64,000 bases of DNA from Gammaproteobacteria bacterium (GCA_965222155.1 CBDCTH010000004.1:288001-352000); one strand, 5' to 3'; shown: positions 10,068-20,723, counted from the stretch's first letter. Numbers and translations: made by a program. Notes: generated by a model not told the origin, from the sequence alone.

Positions 10068-10445
10068 CCTGCCCCCTGCTTACAACTTGCAGGGGGCGCA
10101 TTCCGCATGTTTTATGCACAGGGATAACCTAGCCCGGATTTCTCACCAGATCGCTGGTTGCTATCGGAAACGTCAATGTGCTGTCAGTAAGTTATGGTAA
10201 AATTCTCAATATCCCGTCATTACAGACTGCGCTTGATGCGTTCATTGCATCCATCCCTGGACGCAACCCTACGGGCGGCTATCGCCGTGCAAATCGGCTG
10301 TCCTGCCGATTTGTCTTGCTTGTCTTTTTTACGCCTACGGGCACGTGCTCCCTCAACCAGACAAATCTGCCTGGAGCAGATTTGGACATCCGAAGGATGC
10401 CCGCAGGGTGTGCGTCATGGAGGGCGCACATCAACTACGGCTATG
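10068..10445. repeat. Mosaic of family F hairpin repeats
   Basis: Blocks such as CCCTACGGGCGGCT, AAATCGGCTGTCCTGCCGATTTGTC and ACAAATCTGCCTGGAGCAGATTTG recur inverted at ~25000-25300. Confidence 0.7.
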
Positions 10446-10546
10446 CTTTCGGTCGCAGGCACCCGCTGGCGGCAAAAATCCGGCGCGATCATCGCATCAC
10501 CTGGTGAAAAATCCGGGCTTGCCCGGCATAACGGGATTCAGACCTT

Positions 10547-11923
10547 GTGAGTCAAAAGACAGAACGTACCCGAAGGATCACTTCGGAGCCCATTGGCCCG
10601 TTGCTGGCGCGCCTGACAGGCACCATGATCCTGGGTGTCATCGCCATGATGACGCTGGGATTTGTCGACACCTGGTTTATCAGCCTGCTGGGGACAAACC
10701 AGTTGGCGGCCATCGGCTTCATTATTCCCATCTATATGATTTTTGTCAGTATTGCCCTGGGGATGGGCATGGGGATCAGTTCGATAACTTCACGGCTGAT
10801 AGGGGAGGCAAAACACGACGTAGCCGCCCGTTACGTGACGGATGCACAGATACTGGCATTATTATTTTCAATCCTTATCGCCGTCCTGGTCGGGTTTTCC
10901 ATGAACGCCATTTTTTCAGCTATGGGAGCGACGGAACAAGTGCTGCCCCACATCAGGAATTATATGTATATCCTGATTTTTGGCCTGCCCGTGATAATGA
11001 TCGCGGTTATCAGCGGGAACACTTTCCGCTCCATCGGCGCGATGAAGACCTCGGCCTTGATGTCAGCACTCATGGCATTGCTGAATCTGGCCCTCGATCC
11101 GTTGTTGATATTCGGTCTGGGTCCGTTCCCGGAAATGGGGATGAAAGGCGCAGCCGCCGCCTCTGTCATCGCCGCATCAACCGTGTGCGTCGTCGCAGTC
11201 TATGTCCTGGCGGTTCGGGAGAAGCTCCTGCTTTTTACCCTTCCGCGCCTGCGTCATATACGGGAAAACTGGGAGGAATTATTGCAAATAGCGATCCCGG
11301 CCATGCTGGCCAACATGATGACTCCGTTTGCCGCGGCCATCATGACTGCGCTGATAGCCGGCTATGGCGCCGAAGCCGTTGCCGGGTTCGGGGTCGGCGC
11401 CCGCATTGAAACCTTATGCCTGATGGTTGTTTTTGCCTTGTCCGCGACCTTGCCCATGTTTATCGGGCAAAACCTGGGAGCGGGCACGGGGGAGCGCGCT
11501 CACCGGGCATTATTCGGTTGCCTGAAATTCAGCGTAGGGTTTCAAATAGCAGTCTATATCCTGCTGATCATCCTCTCTCCGTATATCGCCCCCGCGTTCA
11601 GTGATGACGCCATGGTGATCCGGGTGATCAATACCTTCATCTACATATTACCGCTGACCTATGGCGCTCATGCCGTCGTGATCCTGGTCATGGTCTCCCT
11701 GAACGTGCTGCGGCGTCCACGGCTGGGTTTGTTCCTGATCATTATCAGGCTGATTGCTTTGTACCTGCCGCTGGCGTATATTGGCGGCCTGTATTGGGGG
11801 ATAACAGGTCTGTTCTCGGGGGCCGCTGTCGGAAACGTCATCGCCGGAGTCATTGCATACCGGGTTATCAGGAAAGTCTGTACCGCTGAGGGTGGTATGA
11901 TGCCGGCAACCGCGGCGTCCTGA
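10547..11923 (+). CDS. MATE-family efflux transporter
   Basis: About 12 TM helices; VDTWFISLLG, NLALDPLLIFG, IGQNLGAG. Confidence 0.9.
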   Translation: MSQKTERTRRITSEPIGPLLARLTGTMILGVIAMMTLGFVDTWFISLLGTNQLAAIGFIIPIYMIFVSIALGMGMGISSITSRLIGEAKHDVAARYVTDAQILALLFSILIAVLVGFSMNAIFSAMGATEQVLPHIRNYMYILIFGLPVIMIAVISGNTFRSIGAMKTSALMSALMALLNLALDPLLIFGLGPFPEMGMKGAAAASVIAASTVCVVAVYVLAVREKLLLFTLPRLRHIRENWEELLQIAIPAMLANMMTPFAAAIMTALIAGYGAEAVAGFGVGARIETLCLMVVFALSATLPMFIGQNLGAGTGERAHRALFGCLKFSVGFQIAVYILLIILSPYIAPAFSDDAMVIRVINTFIYILPLTYGAHAVVILVMVSLNVLRRPRLGLFLIIIRLIALYLPLAYIGGLYWGITGLFSGAAVGNVIAGVIAYRVIRKVCTAEGGMMPATAAS

Positions 11924-11969
11924 TCCGCGCTGGGAAGTGGAGTAACTATCAAATCTGAAAAACGAGGAA

Positions 11970-12632
11970 ATGAATATGAGTCGATTATATGGTGATAATC
12001 ACCGGCAGTTGCAGGAACAGTTTGAAACGCGGCGCATGGCCGACGTTATCGAGAAAGTTGCAATGGAGACGGAAGTGGTTGGCCCACACAAGGATTTTAT
12101 CGAAAGCCGCGATATGTTTTTCCTGAGCACGGTGGATCACAAAGGCAGACCTACCGTGTCCTATAAGGGCGGTGACCCGGGCTTCGTCAAGGTGGTTGAT
12201 GATACGACAGTGGTTTTTCCCAGTTATGACGGAAACGGTATGTTTCTGTCCATGGGGAATATCAAGGGCAATTTGAATATCGGCATGTTATTTATCAATT
12301 TTGAGACGCCCCACCGCTTGCGATTGCAGGGAGAAGCCACCATCCATGATGACGACCCGCTGATCGCCGCTTACAAGGAAGCGGATTTGATTGTCAGGGT
12401 CAAGGTCTCGGAGATCTTCGTAAACTGCCCGCGTTACGTGCACAAGTACCAGAAAGTCGACCCATCCAAATACGTACCCCGGACCGAATGTGATACGCCC
12501 CTGGCCGGCTGGAAGCATATCGATAAGATCCAGGAGGTCCTGCCCACGAGAGACCTGGGACGCGCGGAAAAAGAGGGTGGAATCATAACCATGGAAGAGT
12601 GGTACGAGAAGGTCGCACAAGGGGCCGGATAA
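11970..12632 (+). CDS. Pyridoxamine 5'-phosphate oxidase-like FMN-binding protein
   Basis: PTVSYKGGDPGFV, FPSYDGNGMFLSMGN, NCPRY. Confidence 0.85.
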   Translation: MNMSRLYGDNHRQLQEQFETRRMADVIEKVAMETEVVGPHKDFIESRDMFFLSTVDHKGRPTVSYKGGDPGFVKVVDDTTVVFPSYDGNGMFLSMGNIKGNLNIGMLFINFETPHRLRLQGEATIHDDDPLIAAYKEADLIVRVKVSEIFVNCPRYVHKYQKVDPSKYVPRTECDTPLAGWKHIDKIQEVLPTRDLGRAEKEGGIITMEEWYEKVAQGAG

Positions 12633-12691
12633 TTTCAAGCCCCGGATGCAGGCATAGATCGGGATGCATTGACCGTTATTCCGACGAAACT

Positions 12692-12719
12692 CGTCATTCC
12701 GGCGTAAGCCGGAATCCAG
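12692..12719. repeat. REP, family A (GTCATTCCGGC..GCCGGAATCCAG)
   Basis: Palindrome between convergent genes, preceded by a degenerate half copy at ~12674. Confidence 0.8.
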
Positions 12720-12730
12720 GGAAGTTTTTT

Positions 12731-14107
12731 CTAGAAACCTTCCGTTGACAGCGCCAGGGCCTGGCGCATCACTGCGCTTTTTGCCAGGACTTCGTTGTGT
12801 TCCAGCGCCGGGTCGCTATCGGCAACGATACCGGCCCCGGCGTGGTAGCTGTAACTGCCGTTCTCAAAGATGATGGTGCGTATCGCGATGGCCTGGTCCA
12901 TGTTGCCGTAATGGTCAAAATAACCCACCGTACCGCCGTATAACCCGCGTCGAACCGGTTCATAGCCGTTCAGCAATTCGATAGCGCGGATCTTGGGGGC
13001 GCCTACCAGGGTGCCGGCGGGAAAGGCCGCTGCAAACAGGTCAAATGCGTCCTTGCCCGCTTTGGGCCTGCCGCTGACGCCGCTGACGATGTGCATGACG
13101 TGGCTGTAGCGTTCGATGGACAGGTAAGGATCAACCTGTATGGAGCCGGTGGCTGCGATACGTCCCAGGTCGTTTCTGGCCAGGTCCACCAGCATCACAT
13201 GCTCGGCAATTTCCTTGGGGTCGTTAAGCAGGCCCCGCTCCAGGTCTCGATCTTCTTCAGCAGTGTTTCCCCGGGGACGGGTGCCGGCAATAGGTCGCAG
13301 TGCGGCCACGCCGTCCTGCAATTTAACCATGGCCTCGGGAGAGGAACCTGCAATAGTCCGCTTGCCGATCTCGATAAAGTACATATAAGGGGATGGGTTA
13401 ATCAGGCGCAACGCCCGGTAGACCGTGAACGGGTCGACCTCACACTCCCCGGAAAACCGGTTCGCCAGAACAACTTGAAAAATATCGCCGTCACGTATCT
13501 TGTGCTTGGCCTCATCGACCAGTTGCATATAGTCCTCCCGGGAAAGACTTGTCGTTGCCGCTGAACAGGTGTTCCGGCCGTTGGCAGCGGGAACAGGCCC
13601 GCGCAAGGCTGCAATCACCTCCTTGCGCAGTGACAAGCGTTCGGTCTCCGGGCCGGCATGCAGTAACGCCACACGGCGTGTCAAGTGGTCAAACACAAGC
13701 AAGGATCGTGGGGCCAGGTACGCGGCCTGGGGATGGTAATCCGTAATGGTCGTATTAATGGGAAATTGTTCAAGTTTATGGATCAGGTCAAAATCGGCAT
13801 AACCTACCAGCCCGCCCTGAAATGGAATCTCGTCTGTCTGGGGGGTCAGTTCCGGCGCGTTGCGTAATCCTTCCCGGAGTGCGGTCAATATCCCGGCGCG
13901 TCCGGGTTGTCTGATGCTGTTTACCGTCAGGCCTTGTGAGTCGAAATACAACTCCAGTGCACTGCCTAAACCCAGGAAAGAAAAACGCGCGACCTGCTCG
14001 CCTCGCTCCACACTTTCAAGCAGGAAGCGCACTCCCAGCGGCTTCAGTTTCAGGAATGCGGATACCGGCGTATCCAGGTCTGCTGCAATGTCGAATGGTG
14101 GTCTCAT
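12731..14107 (-). CDS. trpE: Anthranilate synthase component I
   Basis: LLES, NPSPYMY, SSPE, PIAGT, EHVMLVDLARND, YSHVMH, GAPKIRA; Trp-rich leader upstream. Confidence 0.92.
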   Translation of the reverse strand: MRPPFDIAADLDTPVSAFLKLKPLGVRFLLESVERGEQVARFSFLGLGSALELYFDSQGLTVNSIRQPGRAGILTALREGLRNAPELTPQTDEIPFQGGLVGYADFDLIHKLEQFPINTTITDYHPQAAYLAPRSLLVFDHLTRRVALLHAGPETERLSLRKEVIAALRGPVPAANGRNTCSAATTSLSREDYMQLVDEAKHKIRDGDIFQVVLANRFSGECEVDPFTVYRALRLINPSPYMYFIEIGKRTIAGSSPEAMVKLQDGVAALRPIAGTRPRGNTAEEDRDLERGLLNDPKEIAEHVMLVDLARNDLGRIAATGSIQVDPYLSIERYSHVMHIVSGVSGRPKAGKDAFDLFAAAFPAGTLVGAPKIRAIELLNGYEPVRRGLYGGTVGYFDHYGNMDQAIAIRTIIFENGSYSYHAGAGIVADSDPALEHNEVLAKSAVMRQALALSTEGF

Positions 14108-14151
14108 GGGTTCCCCTTGTTTATTCATCACCCGCCGTCAGGGGAACAGGC

Positions 14152-14186
14152 AAAAAAAAACCCACCCCTGGTTCAGAGGTGGGTTT
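14152..14186 (-). terminator. trp attenuator terminator hairpin
   Basis: Minus strand AAACCCACCTCTGAACCAGGGGTGGG followed by T9. Confidence 0.88.
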
Positions 14187-14205
14187 GGACTTTATACAAT
14201 TGTGG

Positions 14206-14268
14206 CTAAGCCAGCATCCACCTCAGGATGTTCGGCCACCACCATTGTTTGTTATTCAGTTGCACCAT
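14206..14268 (-). CDS. trpL: trp leader peptide MVQLNNKQWWWPNILRWMLA
   Basis: Three tandem TGG codons plus a fourth, directly upstream of the terminator and trpE. Confidence 0.88.
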   Translation of the reverse strand: MVQLNNKQWWWPNILRWMLA

Positions 14269-14335
14269 GGACACAGCATAGCGATATTTTACGGGCAGGT
14301 CAAGAATTGAATAGCGCCTGTTGAATAGCGCCGGG

Positions 14336-14851
14336 TCAACGCGTCAGCGACGTAATCAGTTCAGCGCTGTCCGGGTATTGTTCAACCAGTAACTCCCGGT
14401 CCCCGGGGATATAATCTCCATCGACATAGCCGGGCGCCATGGTAGTGCCCAGGAGCGCGAACTCACCTCCCCGGATGAGGCGTGAGCCCTGCCAGACCCC
14501 GGCGCGGACGGCAAACTGGATACATTGTCCATTCAGGATGTCGTGTCCCAGGGTGATTACTTCGCTGCTGCCGTCCTGCTTGAGCAGGAGTAATTCGACC
14601 GGGTCGCCCAGGTAGAAATGGTATATTTCGTCCGTCGGCAGCATATGCAGCGCCGAAAAGGAATCCTCATCCGGGGAAAGCAGGTAAATAATTGCGGTAG
14701 AACGCGGTTTCTGCCGCGGCTTGCCCTGTTCCGGCGCCGCCACGAGTACCGTCTCGTCCGCGCTATAGGTCTGCCTGAAGTGCCCTCCCTCAACAGGGAG
14801 TATTTCAAGGCCCAGTTCTTTGATCAGTAGTTCGGCGGTTATTTTTTTCAC
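14336..14851 (-). CDS. Cupin, DUF985-like
   Basis: EGGHFRQT, STAIIYLL, DEIYHFYLGDP, GTTMAPG; GTG start at 14851. Confidence 0.85.
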   Translation of the reverse strand: MKKITAELLIKELGLEILPVEGGHFRQTYSADETVLVAAPEQGKPRQKPRSTAIIYLLSPDEDSFSALHMLPTDEIYHFYLGDPVELLLLKQDGSSEVITLGHDILNGQCIQFAVRAGVWQGSRLIRGGEFALLGTTMAPGYVDGDYIPGDRELLVEQYPDSAELITSLTR

Positions 14852-15113
14852 GGTCGTTATAACTCGGAAAAACAGGAAGACAGTATACTTGTGACGCAGG
14901 TAAGAGGACAGAGCCATCTCAAAGTCAATAGACACCTCGTCCGTCATGACGATAGTGTTTTTACCTCCCTGTATCTGGGTACCGGACAATCCTTGTCCGG
15001 TATGACGAAAGTGCGGCGACTTTGAGACTACTCCGGGGAAACGGAAACAGAGCCTTTCCGATAAACATGACAACATGTAGTATAAGTTGTTCTCAAACCC
15101 AGAGGTAACAAAC

Positions 15114-15896
15114 ATGTCGGAGACACAGAATGACTTATTGAGCCTGGCAGGCAAGACCGCCGTAGTCACAGGCGGGGCGGGTGGCATAGGAACGACCATT
15201 TGCCAGGTTCTGGCGCGCGCCGGCGCACACGTCTGCATCCATTACCACTCCAGTGAGGCCGGGGCGCTTGCGCTGAAACAGCAGATTAACCGGGCGGGAG
15301 GGAGCGCATCCGCGCTGTTTGCCGATGTGACCAGTAAGGCGGATATTGAGAGATTATGTGAGGCGGTCATCGCCGAGACCGGCAGGGTGGATATATTGAT
15401 CAACAATGCCGGGGTCTATCCGTCCTCAGCGTTTCTCGATATCAGCGAAGAAGAGTACGAACTGATGATGGACGTCAACGTGCGCTCCGTGGTGTTATGC
15501 ACGCAAGCCGTTGCCGGACGCATCGCCGGGCAGGGGAGCGGCGGCGCCGTCGTCAACATCGCCTCGATAGCCGCCAGCGGCGTACTGGACATGCACAGCC
15601 ATTACTGCGCCTCCAAGAGCGCGGTCGTGATGTTTACCCGCGCCGCCGCCAGGGAGCTGGGCGAGCACAATATCCGCGTCAACGCGGTGTCACCCGGCCT
15701 TATCTGGCGTGAAGGGCTGGACAAGGCCTGGCCGGAAGGAGTCGCGCGGTACAAACAGGCTGCCGCGCTGAGCAGTGTAGGACAGGCAGAGGACGTTGCC
15801 AACGCCTGCCTGTTCCTGGTTTCCGCCGCGAGTAAATGGATAACGGGGGTCGACCTGGTCGTCGACGGTGGGGTCCTGACGGACAAACTGTTCTAA
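15114..15896 (+). CDS. Short-chain dehydrogenase/reductase
   Basis: TGGAGGIG, NNAG, YCASK, VDGG. Confidence 0.9.
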   Translation: MSETQNDLLSLAGKTAVVTGGAGGIGTTICQVLARAGAHVCIHYHSSEAGALALKQQINRAGGSASALFADVTSKADIERLCEAVIAETGRVDILINNAGVYPSSAFLDISEEEYELMMDVNVRSVVLCTQAVAGRIAGQGSGGAVVNIASIAASGVLDMHSHYCASKSAVVMFTRAAARELGEHNIRVNAVSPGLIWREGLDKAWPEGVARYKQAAALSSVGQAEDVANACLFLVSAASKWITGVDLVVDGGVLTDKLF

Positions 15897-15904
15897 GGTT
15901 ATCC

Positions 15905-16561
15905 TTGAAAATATCACGAAACGAAATAGCAGCGCTCATCGATCATACCTTGCTGAAACCGGAGGCAACGGCGGACATGGTGGCGCGCCTGTGCCGGGAA
16001 GCGGACGAACATGGGTTTTATGCAGTTTGCATTGCGCCCGTTTTCGTCAGGTTGGCTCGTGATCTGCTGGCCGGGTCCCTGGTCAAGGTCTGTACGGTGG
16101 TCGGTTTTCCTGCCGGCATGAACGAAACGGACGTGAAGGTCTATGAAACCCGCCGGGCAATTCAGCACGGCGCCGACGAGGTGGACATGGTCATGCATAT
16201 CGGCGCGGCAAAGGCGGGGGACTGGAAGCAGGCGGGCCTCGACGTGGAACGTGTGGTTGACAGCGCCCGGGGCCACATCGTCAAGGTAATCCTGGAGACC
16301 TGCCTGTTGAGCGATGAGGAAAAGCAACGGGCCTGCGAGGTGAGTGTCGCCGCGGGCGCCGGTTTCGTCAAGACATCCACCGGTTTCAACCGTTCCGGCG
16401 CCACCGTGGAAGATGTCAGGCTAATGCACGCCGCCGCAGGCTCGAACGCAGGCGTAAAGGCCAGTGGCGGGATCAGGGATTACGAGACCGCCTGTAAAAT
16501 GATTGAGGCAGGCGCCACCCGGCTGGGCACCAGTTCCGGAGTGGAAATAACAGGAAAATAG
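15905..16561 (+). CDS. deoC: Deoxyribose-phosphate aldolase
   Basis: IDHTLLKP, KVILET, FVKTSTGF, VKASGGIR, RLGTSSG; start codon approximate. Confidence 0.93.
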   Translation: MKISRNEIAALIDHTLLKPEATADMVARLCREADEHGFYAVCIAPVFVRLARDLLAGSLVKVCTVVGFPAGMNETDVKVYETRRAIQHGADEVDMVMHIGAAKAGDWKQAGLDVERVVDSARGHIVKVILETCLLSDEEKQRACEVSVAAGAGFVKTSTGFNRSGATVEDVRLMHAAAGSNAGVKASGGIRDYETACKMIEAGATRLGTSSGVEITGK

Positions 16562-16564
16562 TGA

Positions 16565-16698
16565 CCGTCCTACCGGCGCCCAAAGCCGTCCTACCGGCGC
16601 CCAAAGCCGTCCTACCGGCGCCCAAAGCCGTCCTACCGGCGCCCAAAGCCGTCCTACCGGTGCCCAAAGCCGTCATTCCGGCGAATGCCGGAATCCAG
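16565..16698. repeat. Five 21-bp tandem repeats followed by a family A REP
   Basis: CCGTCCTACCGGCGCCCAAAG x5, then CCGTCATTCCGGCGAATGCCGGAATCCAG. Confidence 0.9.
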
Positions 16699-16716
16699 TC
16701 GATATACCAATTCCTT

Positions 16717-17433
16717 TTAATTTCTCTCAGCGACAGCAGTCTCCAGGGCTAACTCGATCATCTCGTTAAAGCTGGATTGCCTTTCTTCAACAGTCAGCCG
16801 CTCACCGGTGATGATTTGATCACTGACCGTACAGATCGCCAGAGCCTTGACGCCGAATTCTGCGGCCAGACCGTAAATGCCGGCGGTCTCCATTTCCACG
16901 CCCAGCATGTTGTATTTTTCCATCACTTCAAATACATCCTGTTCAGGCGTATAAAACAGATCAGAGGAGAAGACATTGCCCACATGAAAAACAAGCCCCC
17001 TTTGTTCAGCGATAGTGACCGCAGATTGCAATAACCGGTAATCCGCGATAGCGGCAAAATCATGATCCTTGAAACGAATGCGGTTCACTTTTGAATCGGT
17101 ACAGGCGCCCATGGCGATAACGATATCCCGCAGTTTCACCGATTTGTTTACGTTGCCGCAACTGCCGGCCCGGATCAGCCGTTTGACGCCGAACTCGTTG
17201 ATCAGTTCGGTGCAATACAGGGAACAGGAGGGAATGCCGACCCCATGACCCATGACCGACAGGGCCTGCCCTTTGTAGCTGCCGGTAAAACCCAGCATCC
17301 CCCTGACGTCGGTCACCATACGCGGGTTGTCCAGGAAGTTTTCCGCAATGAATTTTGCCCGGAGCGGATCCCCCGGCATAAGCACGGTTTCCGCGAAATC
17401 ACCGGGTTCTGCATTAATGTGTGGCGTAGCCAT
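16717..17433 (-). CDS. deoD: Purine nucleoside phosphorylase
   Basis: [28 protein letters not shown]. Confidence 0.95.
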   Translation of the reverse strand: MATPHINAEPGDFAETVLMPGDPLRAKFIAENFLDNPRMVTDVRGMLGFTGSYKGQALSVMGHGVGIPSCSLYCTELINEFGVKRLIRAGSCGNVNKSVKLRDIVIAMGACTDSKVNRIRFKDHDFAAIADYRLLQSAVTIAEQRGLVFHVGNVFSSDLFYTPEQDVFEVMEKYNMLGVEMETAGIYGLAAEFGVKALAICTVSDQIITGERLTVEERQSSFNEMIELALETAVAERN

Positions 17434-17435
17434 TA

Positions 17436-18665
17436 TCAATACCCTTGCAAGGAGACGAATAAACCGGCCAGAACGGCGCTCATGAGGTTGGACAAGGTGC
17501 CGGCAAGCACGGCCATCAGACCCAGCCCGGCAATGTCCTGGCGTCGTTCGGGCACCAGGGCGCCCATTCCGCCCAACAGGATCGCGATGGAAGTCAGGTT
17601 GGCGAAGCCGCACAGGCTAAAGGTGACGATCACCTGGGTGTGCGGGCTCAAGGTATCCCTGATCTCGCTGAAACTCAGGTAGGCGATAAATTCACTCATG
17701 ATGAATTTCTGTCCGATCAGGCTACCGGCCGCGGCTGCCTCAGACCACGGTACGCCTATCATGAAGGCCAGGGGCGCCAGTAGTTTGCCGAGAATTCCCT
17801 GTAAGGTCAGCCCCTCAATGCCGAACCAGCCGCCGATGCCTCCCAGCAGGCCGTTGAGCAAGGCGATCATGGCCACGAATGCGATCAGCATGGCGCCGAC
17901 GTTGGCCGCGAGTTTCAACCCGTCCAAGGTGCCGTTGCCGATGGCTTCAAAGATATTCACCACTTTCCCCGGGCCGCTGAATTGTACGTGTTCTATATCC
18001 TGTTCCGAGCGTTCGGTCTCCGGCTTGATGATTTTTGCCATGAGCAGACCGCCGGGCGCGGCCATAAAACTGGCCGCAATCAGGTAACTCAGGTTGATCC
18101 CCATCGCCGCGTAAGCTGCCATAATGGCGCCGGAGATGGCCGCCATACCGCTGGTCATCACCGCGAACAGTTCCGACCGGGTCAGGTCCTTCAGGTAGGG
18201 CCTGATTACCAGCGGCGATTCGCTGTGGCCAATGAATATGTTGGCTACCGCGCACATGGATTCAGTTTTGCTGGTGCCGAGCAGTTTATGTATGCCGCCC
18301 CCCAGAAACGTCACCAGTTTCTGCATGATGCCGAGGTAGTACAGGGTGGACATCAAAGCGGAAAAGAAGATAATCACCGGCAACAGGTGGAATGCGATAG
18401 AAAATCCGCCGTCCTTCCTGCCCAGTTCCCCGAATACAAATTCACTGCCTACGGCGCCGTAATCGATCACGTTCTGAACGCCGGCCACCATGGTGTTAAG
18501 AAAAGTCTGCCCCAGCGGGAAATAAAGAATGAGCCCGGCAATAGCTGCCTGTGTGAGAAAAGCGGCAACGACAGTCTTGAGCCTGATCGCACGCCTGTTT
18601 TCGGACAGCAGCAGGGCCAGGCTGATAATCACCGCCATCCCTACAAAACTCATCAGTATTTGCAT
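17436..18665 (-). CDS. nupC: CNT-family nucleoside:cation symporter (NupC/NupX)
   Basis: [34 protein letters not shown]. Confidence 0.88.
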   Translation of the reverse strand: MQILMSFVGMAVIISLALLLSENRRAIRLKTVVAAFLTQAAIAGLILYFPLGQTFLNTMVAGVQNVIDYGAVGSEFVFGELGRKDGGFSIAFHLLPVIIFFSALMSTLYYLGIMQKLVTFLGGGIHKLLGTSKTESMCAVANIFIGHSESPLVIRPYLKDLTRSELFAVMTSGMAAISGAIMAAYAAMGINLSYLIAASFMAAPGGLLMAKIIKPETERSEQDIEHVQFSGPGKVVNIFEAIGNGTLDGLKLAANVGAMLIAFVAMIALLNGLLGGIGGWFGIEGLTLQGILGKLLAPLAFMIGVPWSEAAAAGSLIGQKFIMSEFIAYLSFSEIRDTLSPHTQVIVTFSLCGFANLTSIAILLGGMGALVPERRQDIAGLGLMAVLAGTLSNLMSAVLAGLFVSLQGY

Positions 18666-18720
18666 GGAAAGTTATCCTTTTATGAAGTTTCGGAAATCCT
18701 GATCAAGTCATAAACACCCG

Positions 18721-19010
18721 CCGTCACACCAGCGCAAACCACCCGCCGTCATTCCGGCGCAGGCCCTCATCGTCATTGCCGTGCAGGCCCCCGCCGTCAT
18801 TCCAGCGCAGGCCCTCATCGTCATTCCAGCGCAGGCCCTCACCGTCATTCCAGCGCAGGCCCTCATCGTCATTCCGGCGCAGGCCGGAATCTAGTGAAAT
18901 ACAGAGTCGCCGGAGGCGACACGTTATCAGACTGGATTCCGGCCTGCGCCGGAATGACGGCGTGCGGGCAGTCAGCGCCGGAATGACGATGAGGGCCTGC
19001 GCAGCAATGA
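18721..19010. repeat. 24-bp tandem REP half-repeats plus an inverted family A REP pair
   Basis: About six CGTCATTCC(A/G)GCGCAGGCCCTCAT-type units, a full REP at ~18867 and an inverted REP at ~18932. Confidence 0.88.
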
Positions 19011-19091
19011 AGGGTGTAGCGCGGCATTGTTTTATCATGATTCCGTTGTGAAGTTATTATAAGATACACGTGGAAAGGAGGTTAAGCAAAA

Positions 19092-20723
19092 ATGAAATTA
19101 TTGCGATCTTGCTGTATGGCATTACTGGTTCTGCCCGTCATTGGCGCAAGCGGCAGCGTCTCGGCCGCAGAAGCGGGGGCCCGGGCGTATTTTCAAAAAG
19201 TGCGTCACGAACCGGCATTGCTGAGGAATTTCCTGTACGCTTTTCCCAAGGGGGGCGACCTGCACAATCACCTGGATGGCGCCATCTATGCAGAGAGCTA
19301 TATCCGCTGGGCCGCAGAGGATGGCAAGTGTATAGACCTGGAAAGCTTCATGATCACGGCGCCGCCCTGCAATGCGGAAACCGGCCTGCCCGCCGTGAGC
19401 GCTATCCGTTATGACGGCGACATGGTGAACCGCATAATCGATGCGTTCTCGATACGTAACTACGATCGCCGTGGGATATCCGGCCATGACCAGTTTTTCT
19501 CGACCTTCCGGCGTTTCGTCCCCGCCGGCGTCGGCCACGAAGGGGATATGCTGGCCGAATCAAGCGCCAGGTCGGCGCGCCAGAATATCCTCTACCTGGA
19601 ACTGTTGCAGTCCTGGGGCATGGACCAGGCCCGGCAACTGGCGGCGACCAATGAGGAGTTCGGCGCCGATACGCCGCTGGCCGAGTTGATCCGTCACCCG
19701 GATATCGAAAACCTGGCTGCGGCAACGATTCTCAAGCTGGATGGTATTGAACAACAGTGGCGCAGCACCCTGGCCTGCGGGCAGGAGCACGCCGACGCCG
19801 GTTGTGATGTGACCGTGCGTTACCTGGCCCAGGTGATCCGTATCTTTCCGCGCACACAGGTCCTGGCCCAGACCCTGCTAGCCTTCCACCTCATAGAAAA
19901 AGACCCGCGCTACGTGGGGCTTAACTTTGTTGCGCTGGAAGACAACCCCGTCACCCTGAGAGACTACCGCTGGCAGATGGAGATGATAGGGGAACTGGCC
20001 GGCCACTTCCCCACGGCAAAAGACGGCATCACGCTGCATGCCGGAGAAGTCTCCATGGGCCTGGTGCCGCCGGAACACCTGGGCTGGCACATCCGCGCGG
20101 CGCTGGAGGTTGCCGGTGCCCGGCGCATCGGTCACGGCACCGATATCTTTTACGATCCGCAGGCAACACGGCTCATGGAACAAATGGCCGAGCAGGGCAT
20201 CCTGGTCGAGATCAACCTGACCAGCAGCGAGGCTATACTGGGCATACAGGGCGAGAAGCATCCCATCCGAGCCTATCGCAAATACAAGGTTCCCATTGCC
20301 CTGTCGACGGACGATGAGGGGGTCGCCCGCATCGACCTGACCCACGAATACCAGCGCGCGGTGGAAACCTACGACCTGGGGTATGACGATCTCAAGTATT
20401 TATCCCGAAATGCCCTGGCCTACAGTTTTCTCCCCGGGGAAAGCCTGCTGGAATCAACCTACACGGGAAAAATAGTAAAACAATGTGATTACAGTCCCGC
20501 CAGGGCCGCTGACGAGTGCCGTCCGTCGACTGCAACCGCAGGGGATGACCCGGCGCAACAGTGCATGGATGAAGAAGAGAGACTGGAAGCAATCATGGAG
20601 ACATGCCTGGAATTCAAGTTCCGGAATGAAAAAGCCGGGTTACAGTCTGAACTGGAGCGGCGCTTCAAGGAGTTCGAAGCGGATTATCCGCAGATGACGC
20701 AGATGAACGCAGATGAATTATGA
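19092..20723 (+). CDS. Exported adenosine deaminase-family protein
   Basis: Signal-peptide-like N-terminus; PKGGDLHNHLDG, HAGE, RRIGHG, STDDEG. Confidence 0.85.
   Translation: MKLLRSCCMALLVLPVIGASGSVSAAEAGARAYFQKVRHEPALLRNFLYAFPKGGDLHNHLDGAIYAESYIRWAAEDGKCIDLESFMITAPPCNAETGLPAVSAIRYDGDMVNRIIDAFSIRNYDRRGISGHDQFFSTFRRFVPAGVGHEGDMLAESSARSARQNILYLELLQSWGMDQARQLAATNEEFGADTPLAELIRHPDIENLAAATILKLDGIEQQWRSTLACGQEHADAGCDVTVRYLAQVIRIFPRTQVLAQTLLAFHLIEKDPRYVGLNFVALEDNPVTLRDYRWQMEMIGELAGHFPTAKDGITLHAGEVSMGLVPPEHLGWHIRAALEVAGARRIGHGTDIFYDPQATRLMEQMAEQGILVEINLTSSEAILGIQGEKHPIRAYRKYKVPIALSTDDEGVARIDLTHEYQRAVETYDLGYDDLKYLSRNALAYSFLPGESLLESTYTGKIVKQCDYSPARAADECRPSTATAGDDPAQQCMDEEERLEAIMETCLEFKFRNEKAGLQSELERRFKEFEADYPQMTQMNADEL

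Noticed and set aside
10178-10550. ORFs upstream of the MATE gene (and 24983-25480)
   Set aside because: They lie in family F repeat mosaics.
14852-15238. N-terminal extension of the cupin ORF
   Set aside because: Overlaps the SDR antisense and the intergenic region; cupin homology starts near 14851.
16473-16752. Repetitive-peptide ORFs (also 18724-19069 and 33694-33998)
   Set aside because: Translations of DNA tandem repeats with no coding support.
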